Positions 7,315 through 14,190 of a stretch of 14,190 nt of DNA are shown here, piece after piece (position 1 is the stretch's first letter; every line of letters begins with the position of its first letter). The stretch is from Longimicrobiales bacterium (GTDB lineage Bacteria > Gemmatimonadota > Gemmatimonadetes > Longimicrobiales > Gaopeijiaceae), in NCBI GenBank assembly GCA_965197725.1, contig CBDANQ010000028.1:1-14190 (forward strand). Direction: 5' to 3'. The notes under the pieces are model-generated. The model was not told where the DNA came from and did not search any database. It was given only the letters and a program-made list of their open reading frames with translations. The position numbers and the translations under genes are program-made.

Positions 7315-7581
7315 CTAGCCGCCGACCGTGGAATCCACACACGGGACCAACTGCGTGCCCGAGGCGTCGAGGACCTCCAGTGCGTCGACCGGACAGGCTT
7401 TGCAAGAGCCCAGGACGTCCTCGTGGGGAGTCCCGCTCGTGTCGGCGCGAAACACCGCGATCCCTTCGTCGTCGAGCTCGAACAGATCGGGCGCAACCTC
7501 GATGCATGTCTCGAAGCCGACGCACAGTAACCGGTCGATCCGGATCGTCACACCTGCGACTTCACGTTCTTGCGAGTCCAT
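7315..7581 (-). CDS. Single-cluster ferredoxin, probably [3Fe-4S]
   Basis: IRIDRLLCVGFETCIEVAPDLFELDDEG...CKACPVDAL. Start placed at ATG 7581 (MDSQERE). Confidence 0.85.
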   Translation of the reverse strand: MDSQEREVAGVTIRIDRLLCVGFETCIEVAPDLFELDDEGIAVFRADTSGTPHEDVLGSCKACPVDALEVLDASGTQLVPCVDSTVGG

Positions 7582-7817
7582 CGATCGTCTTCCGGTTTTC
7601 GCGCTGGCCCCTGCCAAGCGCATGTGGGACACCATCGCCACTCGGCATTGGGAAGAAGCGCGGTGATGACCGGACGCAGGATCAGCACGGTGGGCCGAAA
7701 ACAGGCGGGACACTCACGCGCGGGGCGCAGCAGCAGCGCCGCGCCGAACCAGACGAGTCCAACACGCAAGAAAACCAGCCCTCCGAGGACGACTACCGCT
7801 CCTACCGAGACATCCAC
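7548..7817 (-). CDS. Small membrane-anchored protein with two CxxC motifs
   Basis: Hydrophobic N-terminus, then CPAC and WCPTCAW; GAGG SD before GTG 7817; overlaps the ferredoxin start. Confidence 0.7.
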   Translation of the reverse strand: MDVSVGAVVVLGGLVFLRVGLVWFGAALLLRPARECPACFRPTVLILRPVITALLPNAEWRWCPTCAWQGPARKPEDDRWTRKNVKSQV

Positions 7818-7848
7818 TCCATCCTCCCTCGTACCGCCAACAGCGGCT

Positions 7849-8163
7849 CTACGCCGCGCCTTCTACGCTCCCTCCCTCCGCACTCGTGATACGCACACCG
7901 ACCACGCGGAACATGAGCCGCGCTAGCAACGGAAGCAGAATGGCCGCGCCCACCATCGCCAGCGCCACGGACAGGACGGGTCCCAGGAATGTCAGGATGA
8001 CCAGTCGCAGCACTGCGAAAGCCCCCATGAAGGCCGCGTAGTGGAGCAGCAGGCCTGCGATCTGACGCCCGCCCCCTCCTCCTTCTATGTGGATTTCCGC
8101 GCCGCCCAGGTAGAGGGCGGCGAGAATCGGGAACAACGCCAATGCGGGGAGCCAAACGATCAC
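7849..8163 (-). CDS. Small integral membrane protein, about 3 TM, hypothetical
   Basis: Three hydrophobic stretches; GAGGAG SD before GTG 8163; same orientation as the cluster. Confidence 0.7.
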   Translation of the reverse strand: MIVWLPALALFPILAALYLGGAEIHIEGGGGGRQIAGLLLHYAAFMGAFAVLRLVILTFLGPVLSVALAMVGAAILLPLLARLMFRVVGVRITSAEGGSVEGAA

Positions 8164-8277
8164 TCGGGTTCTCCTCGGATACGGTCCACTAACCCATCAC
8201 GTACCCGAATCCTAGTACCTGCGCACAGAGGATCACAAGCCGACGCTGCTCCGGATCGTGGCAACCTGCCGATTCGT

Positions 8278-8520
8278 TCAGCGCCGTCTGCGACGTTCCG
8301 CGAGGCCCCGGGCCAAGGGGCCGACGAGCCCGCCGACGGTGATTCCGATGACGGTGAGGACACCGATCGGGCCTAGGTGCTCGAGTGGATTGACGTCCGA
8401 TATCAGGGCCCCCGACACCGACGCAGCCGCGAAGCCGGCACCCCAGATGAGGGCGCTAGCCAACGTCCACCTGAGCACGCTCTGGGTCCCGGGATCCAGT
8501 TCACTCCAGCGCATTCGCAT
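8278..8520 (-). CDS. Small 2-TM membrane protein, hypothetical
   Basis: Two hydrophobic helices and a basic C-terminus (RRRR); TAATG coupling to the upstream remnant. Confidence 0.65.
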   Translation of the reverse strand: MRMRWSELDPGTQSVLRWTLASALIWGAGFAAASVSGALISDVNPLEHLGPIGVLTVIGITVGGLVGPLARGLAERRRRR

Positions 8521-8807
8521 TAGGCGACAGCTTCGCGTAGCACGCCCATCAGCGCGTCCACGTCTTCGAGCGGCACGTCATCGTCGAAGCGAGGACCGAA
8601 GTACGCGAGGGACACCGAGTAGGGGCCGAGCAGCCATTTGTACGTCGCGCAGATGAGCGCGTCGGGCTGCACCGCCTCGACGTCGAAAGGCATCGCCTCG
8701 GAGGCTCGCGGCAACGGGCCCATGTACGCGCAGTTGAAGTAGTGTGCGTCGCGCGGTAGCTGGAAGGCTTCGCGCTGGCGGGTGAGTGCTGGAAGGGCAG
8801 CCGTCAG
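8520..8807 (-). pseudogene. Internally deleted class V PLP-dependent aminotransferase / cysteine desulfurase-like gene
   Basis: Three normally distant blocks are juxtaposed: N-terminal QREAFQLPRDAHYFNCAYMGPLP, PLP-lysine region AMPFDV...PDALICATYKWLLGPY, and C-terminal EDVDALMGVLRE. About 95 codons versus roughly 380-400 aa for the family; no canonical start codon nearby. Confidence 0.8.
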
Positions 8808-8918
8808 TGGAGCTAGGCGAGGCCTATATGGAGCCGGCACGAGGTCGAGGTTGAAATCGCATCGGTGGTACCTGAGTCGGCCCTGCCGGGATCCGATGCC
8901 AGCACGTGGCTTCCGGTC

Positions 8919-9071
8919 CACATCGACTAACTCGTGCACCTCGTCGATCACGTCGGCATAAGCTCCGACTTCGAGGGGGGAGGTGGAGTAGAGGGTTGGA
9001 GCGACACGTCTGAGACGTTCAACGTGACGCTCGAGCTCGTGCGCCGCGGCTACACCGAGCAGCAGATCGGG
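8919..9071 (+). pseudogene. C-terminal remnant of a membrane dipeptidase (peptidase M19)
   Basis: HID*LVHLVDHVGISSDFEGGGGVEGWSDTSETFNVTLELVRRGYTEQQIG matches the M19 HIDY...G.DHVG.GSDFDG...L..RGY....I pattern. In-frame TAA at 8928-8930; N-terminus and final helix are missing. Confidence 0.75.
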
Positions 9072-9155
9072 ATGGCGCGGCCGCCCGGTGCCTCCGCTGT
9101 ACAGGGTCGGGCGATGCCCTCAAGTTTGGCGACTCATCCTATCGGAGCCCTTGCG

Positions 9156-10292
9156 ATGCGTATCACTCGCGTGCTGTTCATTCTCGTCGCCCTCGCGCTT
9201 CTTCTTCCACCCGCGCCGAGCGAGGCGCAATTCCGACGCAACCGCGAGCCCACGATTCCTCCGCCCAGCATCACGGAGTACGACCCCCGCTCGACCCTGG
9301 TCGTGCCGGTGCATGAAGTGCCGCGCGCGAAATTCCCTGCGGTCGACCTGCATGGTCATCCGCCGACGCTGAACAACCCCGAGGCCATCAACCGCGTGAT
9401 CTCGGCGATGGACGAGCTCAACCTGCAAGTAATGGTGCAGGCCCGGGGAAGCTCCGGCGAGCGCCTCACGAGCCAGATCGAAGCGGTTCGCGCCACGGGC
9501 TACGAGGACCGCTTCGTCTTCTTCACCACGCTTAACCTCCGGGACGTCGGACCGGGCTCCGGCGCGCTCATCGCTGCGCAGCTCGAGGCCGACGTCGCCG
9601 CAGGTGCCGTGGGCATCGGCGAGATTGGCAAAGGTTTCGGACTGGGCACGCGGAAGGCGGACGGGACCCGGCTCCAGCTGGACGATCCGGAGCTCGACAT
9701 CGTCTGGGAGACCGCTGGCCGGCTCGGCATCCCCGTGTTCATCCACACGGGGGATCCGGCGGAGTTCTTCCGACCACTCGACCTCGAAAACGAGCGCTGG
9801 CTCGAGATGGCGATCTTCCCCAGCCGTCGATTCAACGACCGCTCACGCTTTCCCACGTTCGAAGACCTCATGGCAGAGCGCGATCGCCTGCTGGCGAAGC
9901 ACACGAACACGACCTGGGTGCTCGCCCACATGAGCTGGTACACCCAGGATCTGGGCAAGCTCGGCGAGCTCTTCGATCGCTTCCCCAACGTGCACGGGGA
10001 GGTCGGTGCGGTGCTCTACGACCTGGGACGACAACCCCGCTTCGCGCGCGCCTTCTTCGAGAAGTACAAGGACCGGATCCTGTTTGGGAAGGACTCGTTC
10101 CAGCCCGACGAGTACCCGTACTACTGGCGGGTCTTCGAGACCGAGGACGAGTACTTCGACTACTACCGGAACTACCACGCCTTCTGGCAGCTGTACGGCA
10201 TGGGACTGCCCGACGATGTGCTGAGGCAGCTGTACTACGGGAACGCGTTGAGGATCATCCCGAACATGCCTACCGCGGGGTTTCCGGGTTAG
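9156..10292 (+). CDS. Secreted amidohydrolase family protein (Amidohydro_2-like TIM barrel)
   Basis: GGAG SD before ATG 9156; signal peptide MRITRVLFILVALALLLPPAPSEA-Q; metal-site motifs DLHGH, GEI, IHTGDP, LAHM, LFGKD. Confidence 0.88.
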   Translation: MRITRVLFILVALALLLPPAPSEAQFRRNREPTIPPPSITEYDPRSTLVVPVHEVPRAKFPAVDLHGHPPTLNNPEAINRVISAMDELNLQVMVQARGSSGERLTSQIEAVRATGYEDRFVFFTTLNLRDVGPGSGALIAAQLEADVAAGAVGIGEIGKGFGLGTRKADGTRLQLDDPELDIVWETAGRLGIPVFIHTGDPAEFFRPLDLENERWLEMAIFPSRRFNDRSRFPTFEDLMAERDRLLAKHTNTTWVLAHMSWYTQDLGKLGELFDRFPNVHGEVGAVLYDLGRQPRFARAFFEKYKDRILFGKDSFQPDEYPYYWRVFETEDEYFDYYRNYHAFWQLYGMGLPDDVLRQLYYGNALRIIPNMPTAGFPG

Positions 10293-10297
10293 GGGAG

Positions 10298-10834
10298 CTA
10301 CTCCTCCGCAGCGGCTATACGCGCCGTGACAGCCGACCGAACCAAGTCCGGCTCCCCCGCCACCTGGTCTAGGCGTACCTGGAGAACCGCCGGTTGCACG
10401 AGGTCGATGCGGAGCAGGGCACCGCAGAATTCGATGTCTTTGGGCCGGCCCGCGATGGCCTTCGACACCCAGAGGTCGTGGGGCTCGAGACACCACGCCA
10501 CTACCCCGTCGGTATCGGGCACTTCGAAGCGGACCAGTCGCTCACGCCAGCCGGTGGGAAGGACAGCCGTGTTTGCGACGACGCCCTGTGCGTAATACCC
10601 GAACGTGGCATGGAACATTGAGGCCTCCCCGATCGAACCATCGACCAGATCCGCCTTGCTTCCGTCCAAGTCCCCAGGAATCGCCACGTCGACCTCGACG
10701 GATCTGGCCGCTTCCTGGGGGACAGGTCCAGAAAGGGACGCGTGCAGCGCTTGGCTGCCGATCACGAGCACCTCATCGACACCCAGGACGGCGGCCGCCG
10801 CCCGTAGGGCGTGCCCGAACTGCGAGCGTGTCAC
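10298..10834 (-). CDS. Putative nucleotidyltransferase (DUF6036/AbiEii-like), candidate toxin
   Basis: VIGSQA...SVEVDV (GS + ExD NTase motif) and C-terminal SK...GRPKD; GTGA overlap with the upstream HTH gene. Confidence 0.75.
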   Translation of the reverse strand: MTRSQFGHALRAAAAVLGVDEVLVIGSQALHASLSGPVPQEAARSVEVDVAIPGDLDGSKADLVDGSIGEASMFHATFGYYAQGVVANTAVLPTGWRERLVRFEVPDTDGVVAWCLEPHDLWVSKAIAGRPKDIEFCGALLRIDLVQPAVLQVRLDQVAGEPDLVRSAVTARIAAAEE

Positions 10835-11337
10835 GAGGCCTTGCTCTCAGCCTCGGAGAAGGCCAGGTAGATTTCCGCTCGCTCACCCGCCGACAGCACT
10901 CCGGCGAAGGGCGTCACGTGTCGCAACTCGCGGGCCCATGGACTCAGGGCCACGAGAACCGACGACAGCTCAGGAACGGAGCGGCTCAAGAGGACGTGCC
11001 ACTCGCGCAGAAGCTGGCCGGCCGAGGGGTGCCGATCAGTCATGAGCTCCAACGTCGCGCGCGCCCGCCGGAGAACAGACTCGGGGTTTTCTTCTAGGTG
11101 TCGAGAAATGGCCCGGTGCAGGAACAGGCTGCGACGTTCCTCTCTTGTGAAGGGAGAGTGGTATTCAACGGTGGCCTCCAGGCCGACCGATTGGGCCAGG
11201 CGTTGAACCGTGTCGAGGGTAGGGCTCTTTCGACCCGCCTCATAGGCCGCGATCGTAGGCTGAGACGTGCCCGCAGCAAGGGCAAGAGCAGCCTGGGTGA
11301 GCCCGGTTCTGCTTCGCAAGCGCCGAATGTCGTTCAT
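10831..11337 (-). CDS. XRE-family HTH regulator with helical C-terminal domain, candidate antitoxin
   Basis: IRRLRSRTGLTQAALALAAGTSQPTIAAYEAGRKSPTLDTV HTH, then SLFLHRAI...EW..LL...ELR..TPFAGVL...ER. Start placed at ATG 11337. Confidence 0.85.
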   Translation of the reverse strand: MNDIRRLRSRTGLTQAALALAAGTSQPTIAAYEAGRKSPTLDTVQRLAQSVGLEATVEYHSPFTREERRSLFLHRAISRHLEENPESVLRRARATLELMTDRHPSAGQLLREWHVLLSRSVPELSSVLVALSPWARELRHVTPFAGVLSAGERAEIYLAFSEAESKAS

Positions 11338-11342
11338 TCGAC

Positions 11343-11371
11343 TATATATCCTATCGGATATCACAGGGCAA
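11343..11371 (-). promoter_or_regulatory. Likely leaderless promoter with palindromic operator ATATCC-N4-GGATAT (11346-11361)
   Basis: TTGCCC-17 nt-TATATA ends 5 nt before the ATG, with no SD. The perfect 6-4-6 inverted repeat overlaps the spacer and -10, in an AT-rich patch of otherwise GC-rich DNA. Confidence 0.65.
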
Positions 11372-11431
11372 CCCTACGGCGGCCGAGATCGAGGCCAAGA
11401 TGTTCAGCAGTATCGTCACGACCTCGTCGTC

Positions 11432-12187
11432 TTAGGCGAACGTGGCGAAAAAGAGAGCGAAGGCCAACGTGATCCCGAGCACGACCGCGGCCGCGCTGCC
11501 GAAGCTCCGCTTGGGGTCGATGGTGTGAGCCCCCTGCGCGATGATGAGCGCGGCCCAGATCCCTGTCAGATCCACCAGCCTGAATACGTCCGCCAAGTAT
11601 CCCTCCGGTAGGAAGAACAGGAAGCTGCCCAGATTGAGTGTCGCCTGAACATCCCCCGTCATGATCTTGAGCGGCACCAGCGCAAGGCCGATCACGGCGG
11701 GCACGAACAGCGCGTGCGTCCCGACCGCCAGGTATTGGCGGTAGCGCCCTTCGTCGCCGAGCACGAACGAGAAGATCAGCCAGTAGAGCCCGGCGGTGAA
11801 GAAGGTGAACAAGGCGATGCCGATCATCCCGATGACCGGCGTGACGAAGCGCATGACGTTCATGAACGCCTCGGGAATCTCGGGCACGTCCCGACCGGCC
11901 TCGAGCGCCGCCTGGCGCTGCGCCTCCATGATCAAGTCCACCGGGATCAGCGCGGCCTGCAGCGCGACCAGGAAAGCGCCGACGAGCAGCGCACCGACCC
12001 ACACCGGATTCTTCGCCACCGTCTCCATCACCTTGCCCCGGACTCACGAAGACGTTGAAGAGCCGACTGGGGAGCGACGGGATCTCAAACCGCTCGGCCT
12101 CCGCGGCCCCTACGGCCTCGTCGGACTGCTCAGCCGGGCCAGCCTCCTCGGCTTCTACGGGGCATCGGTGCTTTGAGACTCGTGCAT
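11432..12187 (-). CDS. Yip1-family membrane protein, interrupted by two compensating frameshifts (sequencing error or pseudogene)
   Basis: The main ORF has about five TM segments. The Yip1-like N-terminus SLPSRLFNVFVSPG|KVMETVAKNPVW is restored by removing one G at 12036-12039. ATG 12187 with a GGAG SD connects by adding one base at 12159-12162. Confidence 0.7.
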
Positions 12188-12302
12188 CTTGGCTTCTCCG
12201 CTCCGGTAGGTAGCCGTCGTACCTACGATCCCGGTGCGGAGAATGTTTCCGGCGAGGCCCGGATTTACCAGGCCTGCCGAAAGAATCTTCGCCAGATCAC
12301 CC

Positions 12303-12331
12303 TTGGCCGCTCGTGGGGGAGCCTATATCCT
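12303..12331 (+). promoter_or_regulatory. Possible sigma70 promoter
   Basis: TTGGCC-17 nt-TATCCT in the divergent intergenic region upstream of 12394. Confidence 0.35.
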
Positions 12332-12393
12332 CATGGAATCTGGGTTCAGGCCCGTCCCTGGACCACCGACAAGACCAGATCATCGAGCACCGT

Positions 12394-12954
12394 ATGAGCT
12401 ATCGGACCAACCCTGACCGAATCCTCGACAACATCGATCGAGCGCGGAACCGCGACGCCGAGAGCGCGCAATTTCATGTCGAAAGGCAGGCCATGGCGCG
12501 GGACCTCGATACCGATATTCCAGACCTCGACGCGACGAGCAATGAGCGGTTGAAGAGAATTTTTGCCAGCCTGGAGCGCGCCTACACCAAGGCCGCCCAA
12601 AAAACCGAGCTCGGCCGACTCGCCTCTCGCTTTCAGGCCGTGGGCGACATCCACCACCACCATGCCCGGGGTGACGTCAGTATCTCGGTCCAGTACATGG
12701 ATCACGAACGCTTCGATGACGTCGGCGTGGCGCCGTTCGAGTTACTCCCCTCCGCGATCGCGGATGCGAAGAAAGAGACGAAGACGAGCCGCGCAGACGT
12801 TAACGCGCTCAAGGTTCTGCGCTGGCAGCTGCGCCACGGCGTGAAGGCTGCGTACCAGAAGCTCGAGCCCCGCCTTCGCGAGGCCATTCGCGACCGCGCC
12901 GACATGGGCCACGTGCAGGTGCAAGTGACTGTGGATCTACGCCCTGCCGAGTAG
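12394..12954 (+). CDS. Hypothetical soluble protein, 186 aa
   Basis: Protein-like composition and GC3-rich codons from MSYRTNPDRILDNIDRAR; contains an HHHH run; no family recognised. Confidence 0.75.
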   Translation: MSYRTNPDRILDNIDRARNRDAESAQFHVERQAMARDLDTDIPDLDATSNERLKRIFASLERAYTKAAQKTELGRLASRFQAVGDIHHHHARGDVSISVQYMDHERFDDVGVAPFELLPSAIADAKKETKTSRADVNALKVLRWQLRHGVKAAYQKLEPRLREAIRDRADMGHVQVQVTVDLRPAE

Positions 12955-12971
12955 CCCTTCGGGGGCTGCCT

Positions 12972-13157
12972 ATGGCTTCTAGGATAGATGGAAAAGGTGT
13001 ACTCTGGGCGCTGTTCTTCGGGCTCGTGCTCCTGGCCTTGTTCGACATCCTTGGCAACGAGTCCGTAATCTTCGACTTCTTTACTGGCGGCTCCGGCCCA
13101 TCCGAAGGTCGGCTCCAGCGCGCGATCGGTCGCGCGCTCAACAGTCGACGAAGATAG
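12972..13157 (+). CDS. Small single-TM hypothetical protein, 61 aa
   Basis: VLWALFFGLVLLALFDIL hydrophobic helix; fills the gap between co-oriented genes; its stop overlaps the next start. Confidence 0.65.
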   Translation: MASRIDGKGVLWALFFGLVLLALFDILGNESVIFDFFTGGSGPSEGRLQRAIGRALNSRRR

Positions 13158-14077
13158 CGAGGCCCGGCCGCGTCCTGCTGGTCTTTCTGGACGGTGTCGG
13201 GATCGGCGAGGACGACGCCGAGGTCAACCCGTTCGCTCGGGGGCGCGCATTGCTTCCCACCCTCCTAGACCTGATGGGTGGGAGTCTGCCTACGCTCGAG
13301 TCCCCACGAACCAGCGGCCCCCTTGGCTTGGCGATCCCGCTCGACGCGACGCTCGGCATCGATGGATTACCACAGAGCGGCACTGGACAGACCGCGCTGC
13401 TCACCGGTGAGAACGCCGCCGACCTGCACGGGCGGCACTTCGGTCCGTGGGTCCCCGTGGCGCTTCGGCCGCTCGTCGAGCAGCGCAGCGTCTTACAGCG
13501 AGCGCTCGACGCCGGGCGCTCGGCCGCGTTCGCGAACGCGTATTCCCGTGGCTGGCCCGGCAGCGGTCGGCGGAGCCGCTTCATCGCTGCGCCGCCGCTC
13601 GCCGCCAAGGCCGCGGGCCTGCTGGACCGCCACGAGGAGGCGCTGGGCGAGGGCCGGGCCGTCTCGAGCGAGATCGTGAACGACGGCTGGAGAACCCACC
13701 TCGGTCACCACTGGCTGCCCAAGATCTCACCTCAGGAGGCCGGCGCGAACCTCGCCGCGATCAGTAGCGATACCGATCTGACGCTGTACGCCCATTACAC
13801 GACCGACGATGCGGGTCACTCACAGTCGATGGATGCCGCGGTCTCTGCGCTACGGCGGGTCGACGGGCTCTTCGAGGGACTACTGCAGGATATGGCGACG
13901 GATACGCTCCTGCTCGTCACCAGCGATCACGGCAACATCGAGGATGTACGCACGGGCCACACGCTGAATCCGGCGCTTGGCATCGCTTCGGGCCCAGGTG
14001 CGGAGCAGGCGCAGAAGATGACTGACCTGCGTCAGGTCACGCCGTTCGTTCTCCGAGTCCTCGGCATCGATACGTAG
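13154..14077 (+). CDS. Alkaline-phosphatase-superfamily metalloenzyme (iPGM/phosphopentomutase-like)
   Basis: VLLVFLDGVGIG (first metal Asp), PQSGTGQT (catalytic Ser), DDAGH, TSDHGNIED, GHT.NP. The DG motif lies upstream of the listed TTG 13250, so the start is placed at ATA 13154. Confidence 0.85.
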   Translation: MARPGRVLLVFLDGVGIGEDDAEVNPFARGRALLPTLLDLMGGSLPTLESPRTSGPLGLAIPLDATLGIDGLPQSGTGQTALLTGENAADLHGRHFGPWVPVALRPLVEQRSVLQRALDAGRSAAFANAYSRGWPGSGRRSRFIAAPPLAAKAAGLLDRHEEALGEGRAVSSEIVNDGWRTHLGHHWLPKISPQEAGANLAAISSDTDLTLYAHYTTDDAGHSQSMDAAVSALRRVDGLFEGLLQDMATDTLLLVTSDHGNIEDVRTGHTLNPALGIASGPGAEQAQKMTDLRQVTPFVLRVLGIDT

Positions 14078-14150
14078 GATCAGCTCCTCCTTCCACCGCG
14101 AGTCCCACTACACCATCCCCGCGCCCCGGAGCCGGCGTGATGCTCCGGGC

Positions 14151-14190
14151 GTGACGACGCGACCCAAGATCCTCGGACAGCTGCTCGTCG
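14151..14190 (+). CDS. Possible 5' end of a gene (MTTRPKILGQLLV...), similar to the MshEN/GspE/PilB N-terminus
   Basis: Only 13 codons are visible; LGQLLV resembles the RLGxxLV motif. Confidence 0.3.
   Translation, partial: MTTRPKILGQLLV

Noticed and set aside
8160..8363. 67-aa ORF bridging the two small membrane genes
   Set aside because: It overlaps the 80-aa gene out of frame and has no protein-like features; the gap more likely holds a promoter (weak TTGTGA-18-TAGGAT).
8934..10292. A 452-aa dipeptidase-amidohydrolase fusion protein
   Set aside because: An SD, ATG and signal peptide at 9156 indicate the real start; the upstream part is a decayed remnant.
14125..14149. 8-bp stem CCCGGAGC/GCTCCGGG as an intrinsic terminator
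   Set aside because: No U-tract on either strand, and such stems are common at this GC content.
1..14190. CRISPR array, tRNA/rRNA, transposase or integrase
   Set aside because: No regularly spaced repeats, RNA gene signatures or recombinase motifs were seen by eye.

Overview
GC-rich bacterial DNA, probably Gemmatimonadota-like (inferred from gene content and style; not verified). Bases 1-8163 are a tightly coupled minus-strand cluster. In transcription order it holds small membrane proteins, a membrane-anchored double-CxxC protein, a [3Fe-4S]-type ferredoxin, a cysteine-free Mrp/ApbC ATPase, a CxxC/CxxC + PCP_red-like protein, and an ABC-2 ATPase and permease. A near-consensus sigma70 promoter follows, then a tandem-USP/double-PCP_red protein, an AhbD/NirJ-like radical SAM-SPASM enzyme with a PCP_red tail, and the 5' end of a cytochrome bd-like (CydA-related) membrane protein that the ORF track misses. 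Four copies of the small BchB/ChlB C-terminal (PCP_red) helical domain occur in three genes of this cluster, which suggests a dedicated heme/Fe-S cofactor maturation system for a non-canonical bd-like respiratory complex. The rest of the window holds a decayed junction (internally deleted class V aminotransferase and a dipeptidase remnant), a secreted amidohydrolase, an XRE-HTH/nucleotidyltransferase toxin-antitoxin-like pair with an operator, a doubly frameshifted Yip1 gene, two hypothetical genes and a metalloenzyme that appears to start at ATA. All family assignments come from motif recognition only; no database searches were run.
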